64,000 nt of DNA from IMG/VR virus record IMGVR_UViG_3300020056_002227, positions 64,001 through 128,000 of that record. One strand, written 5' to 3'. Positions 17,819 through 27,991 of this stretch are shown piece by piece. Origin of the DNA: a virus. The translations under genes and the position numbers were made by a program. The stretch's first letter is position 1, and the number at the start of each line of letters is the position of its first letter. The notes under the pieces are model-generated. The model was given only the letters and a program-made list of their open reading frames with translations, had not been told where the DNA came from and made no database searches.

Positions 17819-19351
17819 ATGGCATCTAATTGTATAGACATAACTGATCAATCAAGAATGGCCTCAGTGGCTCTGAAAGGTGGGCCTGGAGTAGATGCAA
17901 ACGGTGAATACACCCTCAGTCAAGTAAAAATATTTTCACAGGAATATGCAAACAACATATTACGAGATATTGAGAAGAACCCTCTTGCTAGAATTACTGA
18001 GCTATATGGTGATTCGATCTATGACACCACAGATTACATTAATGGTATTTTTCTCAAAAAAGATTATGTAGAAGATGCGCTAGAGAATTATCCCGGCTTG
18101 AGTCGTAGATGGGAGAAAGGCAATCTATCAAATATAGAAATTGCTGATTTCTTGAATGACTATAATCTAACTCCAAACGGTATGATTAATAAGAGTAATT
18201 TTAATTATAACGGTTTGCTACGAGATATGGATTCATACTATCAAGCATCTTTTTCTGATAGTATTTTAGGTGGCTTCTGTAAATTAATACCTCAAGTATT
18301 CGGTGCGATTGATGCCTTCTTTGATACGCTTGTTGCAATCGAAAACGCAATTGCTAATATTCTTACCAAATTAAGAAATCTGGATGATGCTTTAAATGCC
18401 CTTGCACAAAAAGCAACGATAGAGTTCTTAATCGGTGAAATCAAAAAACTAATAACTGAACTAATTACTCAGGTTTTTGCTGAAGTGATGTCTATCGTTG
18501 AGAATTTTAATATCCAAGATGTGATAGGTGATATTAATACTTTCATTCGGGAAGATATAGTAAAAGGCATTGTGATGCAAAAAGAGAGGGCATGCTTACT
18601 TCTTAATGATGATAAACAAAAATCTGTAAAAGAAGAAGCAGAGAGTTTGATCGACTATATTACAGGTCTTTTCGAAAACCCTCAGCTAGAAGAAATCGAA
18701 TTCATGGTAATGAGATTTTGTGCTTTTGCAACCAATATCGAAGCATTAATTAAAGAAGTAAATAGACCCTTAGATGATTACACCAACCGATATCGAAGAA
18801 TAGTAGGAAGATTGAAAGCCGTTTCTAATTTGAATACTTCAACAGCAGTACGAAATGGAGGTATCCGTTTATCGGATGAGCGTAAGAAAGAGATAATAAA
18901 TAGTATGGAACAGAAATGGGATTCTGCTGAAGGGACAAATAATCCACCACCTCCCACCGTTGCAGAATATTTCGGTTTACCCAGTTGTAAGGCAGTAAAA
19001 AATGGTAGCGATCCAAGAGTTAAGATATCGGGTGATTGGGTAGATCCAGAAGTATTGGGACTCGAAGGTTGGGTGAACATAGATTTGGACGCAAAGGTAT
19101 ATCTGATGCGTTTTCAAAAGAAGGTTGGTGGACAGTTGGATGTAGTCAACGGATGGAGAACCGAAGAATATAACGAAGAAGTAGGTGGATCTCCAGAATC
19201 GTCTTATTTAAGTGGTATTGCTTTAGACGTAAAACTTGCAGGCGATTCTGATGATTGGATTCAATCAGCATATGAAAGTGGTTTTGGTTATGCAAATGTT
19301 AAGGGCAGTAATATCCACCTAGATCTGACACGAAGACCGAGGCCAGAATAA
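17819..19351 (+). CDS. baseplate-associated protein with C-terminal peptidase M15A-like domain
   Basis: Helical N-terminal region; C-terminal NGWR...YN..VGG...SSY..G.ALDV...IHLD. Confidence 0.7.
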   Translation: MASNCIDITDQSRMASVALKGGPGVDANGEYTLSQVKIFSQEYANNILRDIEKNPLARITELYGDSIYDTTDYINGIFLKKDYVEDALENYPGLSRRWEKGNLSNIEIADFLNDYNLTPNGMINKSNFNYNGLLRDMDSYYQASFSDSILGGFCKLIPQVFGAIDAFFDTLVAIENAIANILTKLRNLDDALNALAQKATIEFLIGEIKKLITELITQVFAEVMSIVENFNIQDVIGDINTFIREDIVKGIVMQKERACLLLNDDKQKSVKEEAESLIDYITGLFENPQLEEIEFMVMRFCAFATNIEALIKEVNRPLDDYTNRYRRIVGRLKAVSNLNTSTAVRNGGIRLSDERKKEIINSMEQKWDSAEGTNNPPPPTVAEYFGLPSCKAVKNGSDPRVKISGDWVDPEVLGLEGWVNIDLDAKVYLMRFQKKVGGQLDVVNGWRTEEYNEEVGGSPESSYLSGIALDVKLAGDSDDWIQSAYESGFGYANVKGSNIHLDLTRRPRPE

Positions 19352-19768
19352 ATGACCGTACAGGTATACACACCGAGAACTAAGAAGCCGGTTCTCTACT
19401 CTGATATCCGAAAGGATTTGGCGCTTAGCCCTATCAGTTCGGATATTGCTGTATTGAAGGACGAAGATTCTGTAAAAGAAGCAATCAAGAATCTAATCCT
19501 TACAGACCCGGGTGAGAGACTCATGCAACCATTCATTGGTGGAGGTATTAGAGCTCTACTGTTCGAAAATATAACGCCTGCGGTCATCAAATTAATCGAA
19601 GATAGAGTAACTACTTGCATTGAAACGTATGAACCTAGAGCAGAATTGATTGATGTAACTGTGTCTTCAAATATCGATGATAATAAAGTGGGTGTACTGA
19701 TAAGATTTTTTATTCAAAGCAGACAACAGCCAATCACGCTCAACGTTATTTTAGAAAGGATAAGATAA
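19352..19768 (+). CDS. gp25: baseplate wedge subunit gp25
   Basis: YSD, D..SVK.AIKNLILT..GER...P..G, LLFE, YEPR. Confidence 0.92.
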   Translation: MTVQVYTPRTKKPVLYSDIRKDLALSPISSDIAVLKDEDSVKEAIKNLILTDPGERLMQPFIGGGIRALLFENITPAVIKLIEDRVTTCIETYEPRAELIDVTVSSNIDDNKVGVLIRFFIQSRQQPITLNVILERIR

Positions 19769-19769
19769 G

Positions 19770-21650
19770 ATGGCAAATCCTAAAACACCAATAACAGAAC
19801 TCGATTTTGGTGCGGCCAAACAACAACTCAAACAATATTTGAGAACGCAAACACAATTCAAAGACTATGACTTTGAAGGCTCGAATATGAGTGTGCTGCT
19901 TGATGTTCTGGCGTATAATACGTTTCAAAACAATTTTTATACGAACATGGCAATCAACGAAATGTTTCTTGATTCTGCCGTTCTTAAGAATTCGATTGTT
20001 TCTCATGCAAAGGAATTGAATTACCTACCGAGATCTCGTAAATCAGCAAAGGCTGTTGTAAATGTAACCATCGTAGATCCCACAGAAACATCACAGACAA
20101 TTGAGATCCCGAGATTCACAGATTTCTCGTCTAATTATCTGGGTGAGAATTTTAACTTTGTGACAGATCAGACCTACGTTGCTAGAAGGGTATCTGTTGA
20201 CGAGGCTGCTGGCATTTTTGCTGGTACATTTATTGCTGAAGATGTCGAACTCTTTGAAGGTCAGACACTTACAAGTTTTCAGAGAGAAGGTTTCATTATT
20301 GACGCAGATGGAAAATTAAGGGTACAGCTGACCAATGACAATGCTGATATCGATTCTCTGGTAGTGTACGTTGATGCAGAAGAGACTGAAGATAAAAATA
20401 TCTTTACCCGAGCAAATTCAATCTTTGGTGTACGGCCTGATGATAAGGTATTTTATGTCGAAGCATATTTTGACAATTCCTACGCCATCTATTTCGGTGG
20501 TAATAATTATGGCTTGCAGCCAGAACCATTCGAAGATGTAAGAGTTCAATATAGAGTAACATCTGGTGAAGAGGGTAATGGAGCATTTAGTTTTAGTACC
20601 GGATTTAGAGAGGGTGAAATTTCTGTAGAAACCGTCTCTCCAGCACAAGGCGGTTTAGAAAGAGAATCACTTGACAGCATTCGTTATTTTGCACCCAAAT
20701 CATTGCAGATCCAAGACAGAGCAGTAACGACAAAAGATTATGAAATTCTGTTGCAACAAAGATTCCCAGAAATCACAGCAGTATCTGCATATGGTGGTGA
20801 AGACTTAGATCCACCTCAATTTGGTAGAGTTGCAATCTCTGTATTCTTGCAAGATGATGCACAGCTAATTTCAACGACACTTGCAAATACATTTATCGAA
20901 TATCTAAAAGAAAGAAGCCCTCTTAGTATTGAGCCTATTTTCGTACAGACACAATTCTTATATGCTGATATTCACGCGAAGATTAACTATACTGGTAAAT
21001 TATCTCAGAAAACACCACAAGAATTTGAGGTTATGGTTAGAAACGCGATTCAAGCATATTCTGATAATAATTTGGAACAATTCAATGCGACATTAAGATC
21101 ATCCAAGCTTGCCTCTTCTATTGATGCACTAGACACAGCAATTCAAAGTTGTCAGCTTGATATTATGCCAATCATTCAATACTCTCCGGTGTTGAATGTG
21201 GCAGCTAATCCAAGATTTAGATTTGAAACAGAATTGGTAAAACCATACCCATTCAGATTAACGAACGGATTTAATGATTACAAACCTGCAATTAAGAGTA
21301 GTGTATTCGATACCACTGGTGGTGTTTGTGTATTCATCCAAGATGATGGTGAAGGTAAATTGCAGCTTGTTACAGATAATCTTACAAATCCGCAGATTGT
21401 AAATCCAAATGCTGGAACTGTGGATTATGAAACCGGTGATGTTCGTTTATCAAAATTGATTGTAGAGGATTATCCGGGCCAAGCAATTAAGATTATGGCA
21501 AAGACAGCATCCGACGATATTAAATCTCCCACAGGCCGAGTTTTCATTATTCGTGATTCTGATGTTAGATTTAGTGCAATTCGTGAGGATAGTGATGCTT
21601 ATGGTAACCTCGATGGAAATATTAGTAGAACATCAACAACTACGTACTAG
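19770..21650 (+). CDS. gp6: baseplate wedge subunit gp6
   Basis: ELDF, F.DYDFEGSNMSVLLDVLAYNT, EMFLDSA, GG...ES..SIR..AP, QDRAVT..DY, G.VDY.TG. Confidence 0.95.
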   Translation: MANPKTPITELDFGAAKQQLKQYLRTQTQFKDYDFEGSNMSVLLDVLAYNTFQNNFYTNMAINEMFLDSAVLKNSIVSHAKELNYLPRSRKSAKAVVNVTIVDPTETSQTIEIPRFTDFSSNYLGENFNFVTDQTYVARRVSVDEAAGIFAGTFIAEDVELFEGQTLTSFQREGFIIDADGKLRVQLTNDNADIDSLVVYVDAEETEDKNIFTRANSIFGVRPDDKVFYVEAYFDNSYAIYFGGNNYGLQPEPFEDVRVQYRVTSGEEGNGAFSFSTGFREGEISVETVSPAQGGLERESLDSIRYFAPKSLQIQDRAVTTKDYEILLQQRFPEITAVSAYGGEDLDPPQFGRVAISVFLQDDAQLISTTLANTFIEYLKERSPLSIEPIFVQTQFLYADIHAKINYTGKLSQKTPQEFEVMVRNAIQAYSDNNLEQFNATLRSSKLASSIDALDTAIQSCQLDIMPIIQYSPVLNVAANPRFRFETELVKPYPFRLTNGFNDYKPAIKSSVFDTTGGVCVFIQDDGEGKLQLVTDNLTNPQIVNPNAGTVDYETGDVRLSKLIVEDYPGQAIKIMAKTASDDIKSPTGRVFIIRDSDVRFSAIREDSDAYGNLDGNISRTSTTTY

Positions 21651-21662
21651 GGACACTCCCAG

Positions 21663-24353
21663 ATGGCGGTAATAGAAAATAACATATCGTTCTTTATCCA
21701 GTCTCATTTTCCTGCTATCTATAGGGAGAACGGCGAAGAGCTCGTTGAGCTTGTAGAAGAATATTATAAGTGGTTGGAATCGACGGACAACCAATCGATT
21801 TATAATGCAAGAAGAATGTTTGAATATCGGGATATTGATACTACTCTCGAAAAAATGCTTATCTTCTTCCAGAAAAAATTCTTAGCAGATTTACCTCTGA
21901 AAGAAGAAACAATCAGATTTGTTACTAAAAATATTCTTGACCTTTACCGAAGAAAGGGAACACCAGCAGGTATTGAACTTTTCTTTGCTTTATTCTATGA
22001 TGAATTTGATGCTGAAATTACTTATCCAGCTAGGTTTATGTTTAAGGTTTCCGATTCCAATTGGAAAAATGGCATATACCTACAGATGTTCCCTAACAAG
22101 AATAAATTTGTTTCTAAAACAGATGTTATATACACCTACAAAGATCTCCTTAGCAGAAATATATTAGGCTCTTCTTCAGGTGCAGTTGCAGCTGTCGATA
22201 AAATCAATTTTATCATTTTAAATAATATTTTGACACCCATCATTTATATTGATGAGGTGTTGGGTGTATTCGAAAAATACGATGACCTAATTACTACCAT
22301 TAACGGCGAAGAAATTTCTTTTGGTCGTGTTGCTGGATCTTTAAGCGCAGTTGAGATTGATACTGGTAATAAAGATGCTAGTACTGGCCACAAGATTGGT
22401 GACATATACAATATAAGAACCACTACTGGTAAGGGCGGAGAGGTGATGGTGACTGAGGTCACTGATGATCTATCTGGTAGTATTAATTATGAAGTAGAAA
22501 ATGGTGGTTTCGGTTACACGATTGAAAATACCAGGCTGATTGTTTCAAATCAATCGATTCTATTCAATCAAGCAGAATATGATGCAAACAAAGATGACTT
22601 GACATTTACTCCGTTTGAAAGATTAAGAGATTTTGCTGGAAATGAAGCAATTGTTGTAGGACAAGCAGATAATGTTGTAGGTATTGAGTGTGATGCTAGT
22701 GCTGGACTTCATGGTGAATTTAGTATTAACAGAGTAATCCTTACCGTAGATCGATCTCCGAATATAACAATTAATCCTAGCTGGGTTGGACTTGTTACAC
22801 CTAAGAATATAACATCACCTGGTGATATGTACGTTGATACCGGATTAGAAAGTGATGTGAAAGTCTTGAGTCTTGACAATGCAACAAACATCAATATTAT
22901 TACCGATCCGATTGCTAATTTTATTGAGAATACCGAACCCGGTGGTCTTGCGTCTGCTCCTGTTTTCCTTAATTCAACTAATTATAATGATGTACCACCT
23001 GCTGCGGCACCAATGTCAGGTACAGCAGATCCGGTAACGCTAGCAACACCATTGAATCAGGCTTTCAATATCGAAACACTTACCATTGGTTCGATACGAG
23101 AATTTGAGAATATCGACCCTGGCAGAGATTACACATTTGATGTATTTGCTCGAGCAAAAGATGATGTGTTTTCAACACTTTCTAGGAGGCCTCAGATTAT
23201 CAGTTTCGATGATCCTGCTTCTGCTGGTGTATTTGATGTTGGAGAAATCGTTGAAGAAACTAATTCGGGCCGCACCGGTATTGTTACAAAAACTAATACA
23301 CAGCAAGGCTATATTGGATTAATACCTTACGACTATTATGGGTTCTCAGCAGAGAACGAAATTATAAGAGCAAATGGTAATATACCTATATCTCAAGCAG
23401 GAGATGATCTTACTGAAGAAATTTTAGGATTAAACGCCATTATAGATGCAGAGACACAATTTTCTATAGGTAAGATTTCGAAGGTTGCAGTAATCGATTC
23501 TGGTTTTGGCTATGTTACTGGCCAACTTGGTGAAATATTTGATGACGACAATGATATTAAAGCAATAGGTACAGTATTTGCCGAGACACAAGGTAGTACC
23601 AGTGGATTCTGGTCTGAATTTAATTCTCATATAAATGGGTATCAGGATCTTCCAGTCGATCTGAACACTCCAATATTACCCACAGAAAAACTCGTAGAAC
23701 AGCTTGAGGTATTTGTCGCGGGAGTAGAACCTACAGTTCCCCCAGAGCTTGGATTGTGGGCAAACACAGTACATTCAGATGGGTATTCATATTTTGATTA
23801 TACACTGAATGGGGAAATCAATGCAGCAGATATAACACAGCTGAGAAAACTTTCTGACGGTGCTGAAGACGTTGCTCAAGACACAATTGATAGATGGAAT
23901 AATGTAGTTGCACCGAGTCTTAAATCTCAAGTTTGGTACAAGACGTATCCAGAATACTATGTGGTCTTACCAGAAAAAATATATTATGATTCTGCAATGA
24001 AGATTCAAGATAGTGATTTCTATCAGGAATATTCATATCAAATTAAATCGACTCTTGCTAAGCAAGAATATGAGAAATTGCTAAAAGAGAATGTTCACCT
24101 TGCTGGAACGAAGATGTTCGGTGACTTTATCTTTAAGGCATTAATAGGTTCACCTCAAGAAATGAGGTTTAGAAGAAACTTTAATACACCGGGGCCCACA
24201 TATAATAATGATGGTACCGTCGATGATGGTGCACCACCTGGGTCATTACCGGTGCTTATTGATTCACCAGATTTGGAGACACTTACAGTAGATGTAATCA
24301 ATCTAAGAGTCGATAGAGACGATGTAACCGTAGATAATGATTCTACAGTTTAA
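21663..24353 (+). CDS. gp7: baseplate wedge initiator gp7-like
   Basis: FP..YRE, YY.WLE, RDID.T, LYRRKGT, IQDSDFYQEYSY.IKS, H.AGTKMFG; follows gp6. Confidence 0.8.
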   Translation: MAVIENNISFFIQSHFPAIYRENGEELVELVEEYYKWLESTDNQSIYNARRMFEYRDIDTTLEKMLIFFQKKFLADLPLKEETIRFVTKNILDLYRRKGTPAGIELFFALFYDEFDAEITYPARFMFKVSDSNWKNGIYLQMFPNKNKFVSKTDVIYTYKDLLSRNILGSSSGAVAAVDKINFIILNNILTPIIYIDEVLGVFEKYDDLITTINGEEISFGRVAGSLSAVEIDTGNKDASTGHKIGDIYNIRTTTGKGGEVMVTEVTDDLSGSINYEVENGGFGYTIENTRLIVSNQSILFNQAEYDANKDDLTFTPFERLRDFAGNEAIVVGQADNVVGIECDASAGLHGEFSINRVILTVDRSPNITINPSWVGLVTPKNITSPGDMYVDTGLESDVKVLSLDNATNINIITDPIANFIENTEPGGLASAPVFLNSTNYNDVPPAAAPMSGTADPVTLATPLNQAFNIETLTIGSIREFENIDPGRDYTFDVFARAKDDVFSTLSRRPQIISFDDPASAGVFDVGEIVEETNSGRTGIVTKTNTQQGYIGLIPYDYYGFSAENEIIRANGNIPISQAGDDLTEEILGLNAIIDAETQFSIGKISKVAVIDSGFGYVTGQLGEIFDDDNDIKAIGTVFAETQGSTSGFWSEFNSHINGYQDLPVDLNTPILPTEKLVEQLEVFVAGVEPTVPPELGLWANTVHSDGYSYFDYTLNGEINAADITQLRKLSDGAEDVAQDTIDRWNNVVAPSLKSQVWYKTYPEYYVVLPEKIYYDSAMKIQDSDFYQEYSYQIKSTLAKQEYEKLLKENVHLAGTKMFGDFIFKALIGSPQEMRFRRNFNTPGPTYNNDGTVDDGAPPGSLPVLIDSPDLETLTVDVINLRVDRDDVTVDNDSTV

Positions 24354-24361
24354 GATAAATA
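24354..24361 (+). promoter_or_regulatory. late promoter (GATAAATA)
   Basis: NATAAATA 25 nt before the gp9-like start. Confidence 0.65.
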
Positions 24362-24386
24362 GTTTAAAAATCTTTTAGGAGAAATC

Positions 24387-25604
24387 ATGTCAAAACAAAC
24401 TGTCAATATTGGTACTTCTGCCAACGACGGTACCGGCGATCCTCTCCGCACAGCATTTGATAAGACCAATGATAATTTCGTAGAATTATATAATGCGCTG
24501 GGTGGAAACGATATCGTAAACCTCATTAATAATGATGAGGAAATTGAGCTCTTATCTACAGCAAATAAAATTTCGTTTTTATACAATACAGAGGCTCAGC
24601 TACTTGACGTAGATCCTACCTCACATCACGGTTGTATTGCTCATGCCCACGATACCGGTGCACTGTATTATGCTCATCAAGGTGAGTGGAGAAAGTTACT
24701 AACTGATAATGCAAATACGGCCGCACCAGTACCAAGTTATACTGATCCTTTGGCAAGGCATTCTTATGGTGAAGCAATTACAGGTTCAGAAACTGATGGG
24801 TATATCTTACAGACAAATGCTGACGGCACCTATCAATGGGCAGCTCCAGGTGATGTAACAGGTGCAGTTAGAAATATCTCAGAATTAGACGATGTTGTTC
24901 TAATCAACCTGAACGCAGGTCAGACTTTGAAGTGGAATGGTTCTAATTGGATCAACGATTCAGATTTAACTGGAAGTGGTGGTTCTGCTAGTTTTACAGG
25001 GCTGACCGATACACCGGCTTCACTTGGAAGTGCTGGTCAATTTATCAGAGTTAATTCTTCTGGTAATGCGCTAGAATTTACTGCTGCTCCCTCTGGTGGA
25101 GGTGGTGCAAGTGTATTGAATGATTTGACCGATGTTTCTACAGCAGGGGCATCTAGTGGACAAGTATTAAAATACAACGGTAGTAGTTGGGCCCCCGCAG
25201 CAGATGCAACTGGAAGTGGTGGCGGTACTCTCAGTAGAACAACAGAGACTGTGACTACAAGTGGATTAATTGGTAACCAGCAAGATGTGGTGATGAATTT
25301 CAACAATGTAGGTTCTTCATTTATGCTAATGAAGGTTCAGGTAAGCCATGCAGTTTGGTTCAGAATATATGTTGATGATGCTGCTAGAGCAGCAGACATA
25401 TCAAGAGTACAGGGTGATGATATTGCTGATGGTGAAGGTCTTATTGCTGAATTCATTTCAAATGGAGCAGAAACTTTTGATATTACACCAGCCATATTAG
25501 CATATTCTAATTCCGGCTCGAGTCTTAGGTGTGCAATAAAAAATGACTCTGGTGGTGCTCAAACACTATCAGTTACCCTTACCGGAATTATCTTAGAGGC
25601 ATAA
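24387..25604 (+). CDS. gp9/gp10-like baseplate-fibre connector with fibre repeats
   Basis: KQTVNIGT.ANDGTGDPLR.AF.K.N.NF.ELY N-terminus; L.DL.DV...GQVLK.NG..W repeats. Confidence 0.75.
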   Translation: MSKQTVNIGTSANDGTGDPLRTAFDKTNDNFVELYNALGGNDIVNLINNDEEIELLSTANKISFLYNTEAQLLDVDPTSHHGCIAHAHDTGALYYAHQGEWRKLLTDNANTAAPVPSYTDPLARHSYGEAITGSETDGYILQTNADGTYQWAAPGDVTGAVRNISELDDVVLINLNAGQTLKWNGSNWINDSDLTGSGGSASFTGLTDTPASLGSAGQFIRVNSSGNALEFTAAPSGGGGASVLNDLTDVSTAGASSGQVLKYNGSSWAPAADATGSGGGTLSRTTETVTTSGLIGNQQDVVMNFNNVGSSFMLMKVQVSHAVWFRIYVDDAARAADISRVQGDDIADGEGLIAEFISNGAETFDITPAILAYSNSGSSLRCAIKNDSGGAQTLSVTLTGIILEA

Positions 25605-25608
25605 TTTT

Positions 25609-27951
25609 ATGTCAAAGGAAGCATATACAGTCGTCTTTGAATCTGGAGTTGATGAAAATCTATTTTTCGATTCGGGCGACGGCCGAGATATTGAGGTCAT
25701 AAGTAGACTATCGTCGATACCCGGTGTTGCTAGTGTTAAGCTTGACGAAGAAGAAAAAACATCTCTTTTAGAAAGTGCAGAAGTAAAAAATCTTGAAAAG
25801 GCAAAAATGCCGGTGAAGTTTTCTACTGCTTTCTATGATGGACCATGGCCATCCACAGTTGTTAATACCGATTTGGTTGGAGGTGCTGATCTTACAGCAC
25901 CCCCAGTAAGTAATGGTAATTCTTATGATTATCAACCTCTCGGCAAGGCTCTTATGTCATCCGTAAACATCACCGCATCTTCAGGTCCAGCTGGATTTCA
26001 TTCCTACCAAGGTGAAGATAATTTAGTCACTGCAAACTGGGAACAAGTACCTGTAGGACGATATGTTGATATCGTTTGTATTGAAGCTGGTGTACCACCA
26101 GACACTTCATATAATAGTAGAGAATACTATTTTGATTTTGCTGAATATGATCCTCGAACATGGAATCTCACATTAACTCCAAATGGCTCATCAAATTGGA
26201 TTGTAAGTGGTACACACAGAGGTGGTACACTTTCCAGTGCCAATAATCCAACACTAATATTTCATCCAGGCGATACAGTTAATTTTACCAATAATGCTAG
26301 TAGTTCTCACCCACTAGAATTGGTAGATGGTTCGGGCAATCAATTGCCCTTGGTAGATAACCAAGGTGCGGCAAATGGCGAGACACTCACATATAAAATT
26401 TCTAAATGGGGCAACGGTGGAATTCAATTCTACTACAGATGTACAATACACACCGGCTCGATGGTCGGAGGTGTAAACCTTAGCTTAGGTGCGAATTCAA
26501 AAATTGTTAAAATGGATTGGAGCAATTATGATTCTGCGATGAATGAACCGGGCAATAACCAGATCTCAAATCCATCAGCTGGATGGCTAGATGAACATGG
26601 TATCGGTGTAATGAGTGCTGCAGCAGGGAGAATAAACAGCTGGGCAATAGGTTCCGATGTTCGAGTAATATACATTCAGGATTATGATACCTTGGTCGCC
26701 TACAATGCAGTATTAGAGTGGCATAAAGCTAAAGCTGTAAATTCAGAAACTGGTAAAAGAAATGCTACAATTTGTACCGGGGCCTGGGGATTTTCGGACG
26801 AATATTATGATAAGGCAGTACCCATTGATAATATTACAACTCTCACTTATTACAGTGATGGTGGTGGAGCTACTACAGTCAATAGACCTGGTGGTGGCTG
26901 GGGAAATGATTATTCAGCATTTGAAGCTGCACACATGGCACCAAAGCAATTCCAAGACCCATTTGACAATGTAAAAAAATGGTGTATCATAGTACCAAAT
27001 TCTACTCAAAATAGTGCTCTTAAGGCAGCCAATGTAGCATTTGACAATGTTACCACTGCCGGCCATAGCCCAATTTATCACTTTCGATCAATAGGTAATG
27101 CTGGCAATGTTTTTGCCAAAGAAGGTACTCCACAGTGGGATAATGAATTTACTGCGAATGGTCGAATTATCAATATTTCTACCTCAGGTTTATCCGTGAG
27201 TGGAGGTAGTAGTTCTTCCGTATCCAATGTAGTATATTATCCACTGCGCGTTGGAGACAATGGTATGGAAGAAGAGATTAGTATCGGAGCATATCAATGC
27301 AGCCAATTAAAGCCTTATGTTGATTTTTATAGCACGAGGGGCCCGATTGTAGATCTATTTGCTCCGGGCAATCATTGGTATGGGCCATATCATAGGTATG
27401 GTAATCCAACTGACCTTTTTAACCAGTCAGGTACTACCAGCATTAATGGTGAACTAATGGGTTATTTCATTGGAACTAGTTGTGCCGCACCAGTTGCTGC
27501 TGGAGCTGGAGCTCTATTTGTTGAAGATTATTACTCTAAGACGAGAAGCTATCCCTCAATAGCAAAGCTGAGAGAAATAATGCAAAATTATGCAGCGCAC
27601 AGATTAGAAAGTATGAATCAGATTGACTGGTCAAACGCGCCTACTGCTACCCAAACAATCATAAGCCCAGCAGGTGAACTAGCTTGGCCCGGGCCGACAG
27701 TAACATATTCAGACCCAGGATCGGCTTTTCAACCTGTACATGCTACGTATCTTGGTTACAATTTAAGCACGGGTGGTTCCATGATTATGCAAGATTTATT
27801 CGGTTCAAAGAATCTTTGTACTTTCTTGCCCAAGGCAATCTTACAAAGTAATGGAAAATTCATTAACTCTAATGGTACTGGAATAAGGCGACCAAAGCCA
27901 GGAAGAACCGGCATGATGTATCCTCGTCGTCGACTTTCAATACAGAAATAA
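25609..27951 (+). CDS. subtilisin-like (S8) serine protease with inserted cupredoxin-like domain
   Basis: HG..V.S.AAG, SIGN oxyanion Asn, VDLFAPG, GTSCAAP.AAG; insert HPL...YYRCTIHTGSM. Confidence 0.8.
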   Translation: MSKEAYTVVFESGVDENLFFDSGDGRDIEVISRLSSIPGVASVKLDEEEKTSLLESAEVKNLEKAKMPVKFSTAFYDGPWPSTVVNTDLVGGADLTAPPVSNGNSYDYQPLGKALMSSVNITASSGPAGFHSYQGEDNLVTANWEQVPVGRYVDIVCIEAGVPPDTSYNSREYYFDFAEYDPRTWNLTLTPNGSSNWIVSGTHRGGTLSSANNPTLIFHPGDTVNFTNNASSSHPLELVDGSGNQLPLVDNQGAANGETLTYKISKWGNGGIQFYYRCTIHTGSMVGGVNLSLGANSKIVKMDWSNYDSAMNEPGNNQISNPSAGWLDEHGIGVMSAAAGRINSWAIGSDVRVIYIQDYDTLVAYNAVLEWHKAKAVNSETGKRNATICTGAWGFSDEYYDKAVPIDNITTLTYYSDGGGATTVNRPGGGWGNDYSAFEAAHMAPKQFQDPFDNVKKWCIIVPNSTQNSALKAANVAFDNVTTAGHSPIYHFRSIGNAGNVFAKEGTPQWDNEFTANGRIINISTSGLSVSGGSSSSVSNVVYYPLRVGDNGMEEEISIGAYQCSQLKPYVDFYSTRGPIVDLFAPGNHWYGPYHRYGNPTDLFNQSGTTSINGELMGYFIGTSCAAPVAAGAGALFVEDYYSKTRSYPSIAKLREIMQNYAAHRLESMNQIDWSNAPTATQTIISPAGELAWPGPTVTYSDPGSAFQPVHATYLGYNLSTGGSMIMQDLFGSKNLCTFLPKAILQSNGKFINSNGTGIRRPKPGRTGMMYPRRRLSIQK

Positions 27952-27953
27952 AA

Positions 27954-27961
27954 TATAAATA
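27954..27961 (+). promoter_or_regulatory. late promoter (TATAAATA)
   Basis: Exact T4 late consensus 30 nt before gp8. Confidence 0.8.
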
Positions 27962-27991
27962 ACCAATATCGTTTGGGATTGAGATGGTAAC

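Noticed and set aside
21648-21665. gp6 TAG is in frame with gp7 ATG (likewise 52025-52033), suggesting readthrough or stop-codon recoding
   Set aside because: One-in-three chance, gp7 has its own SD-like AGGGA and normal N-terminus, and core genes are intact in the standard code
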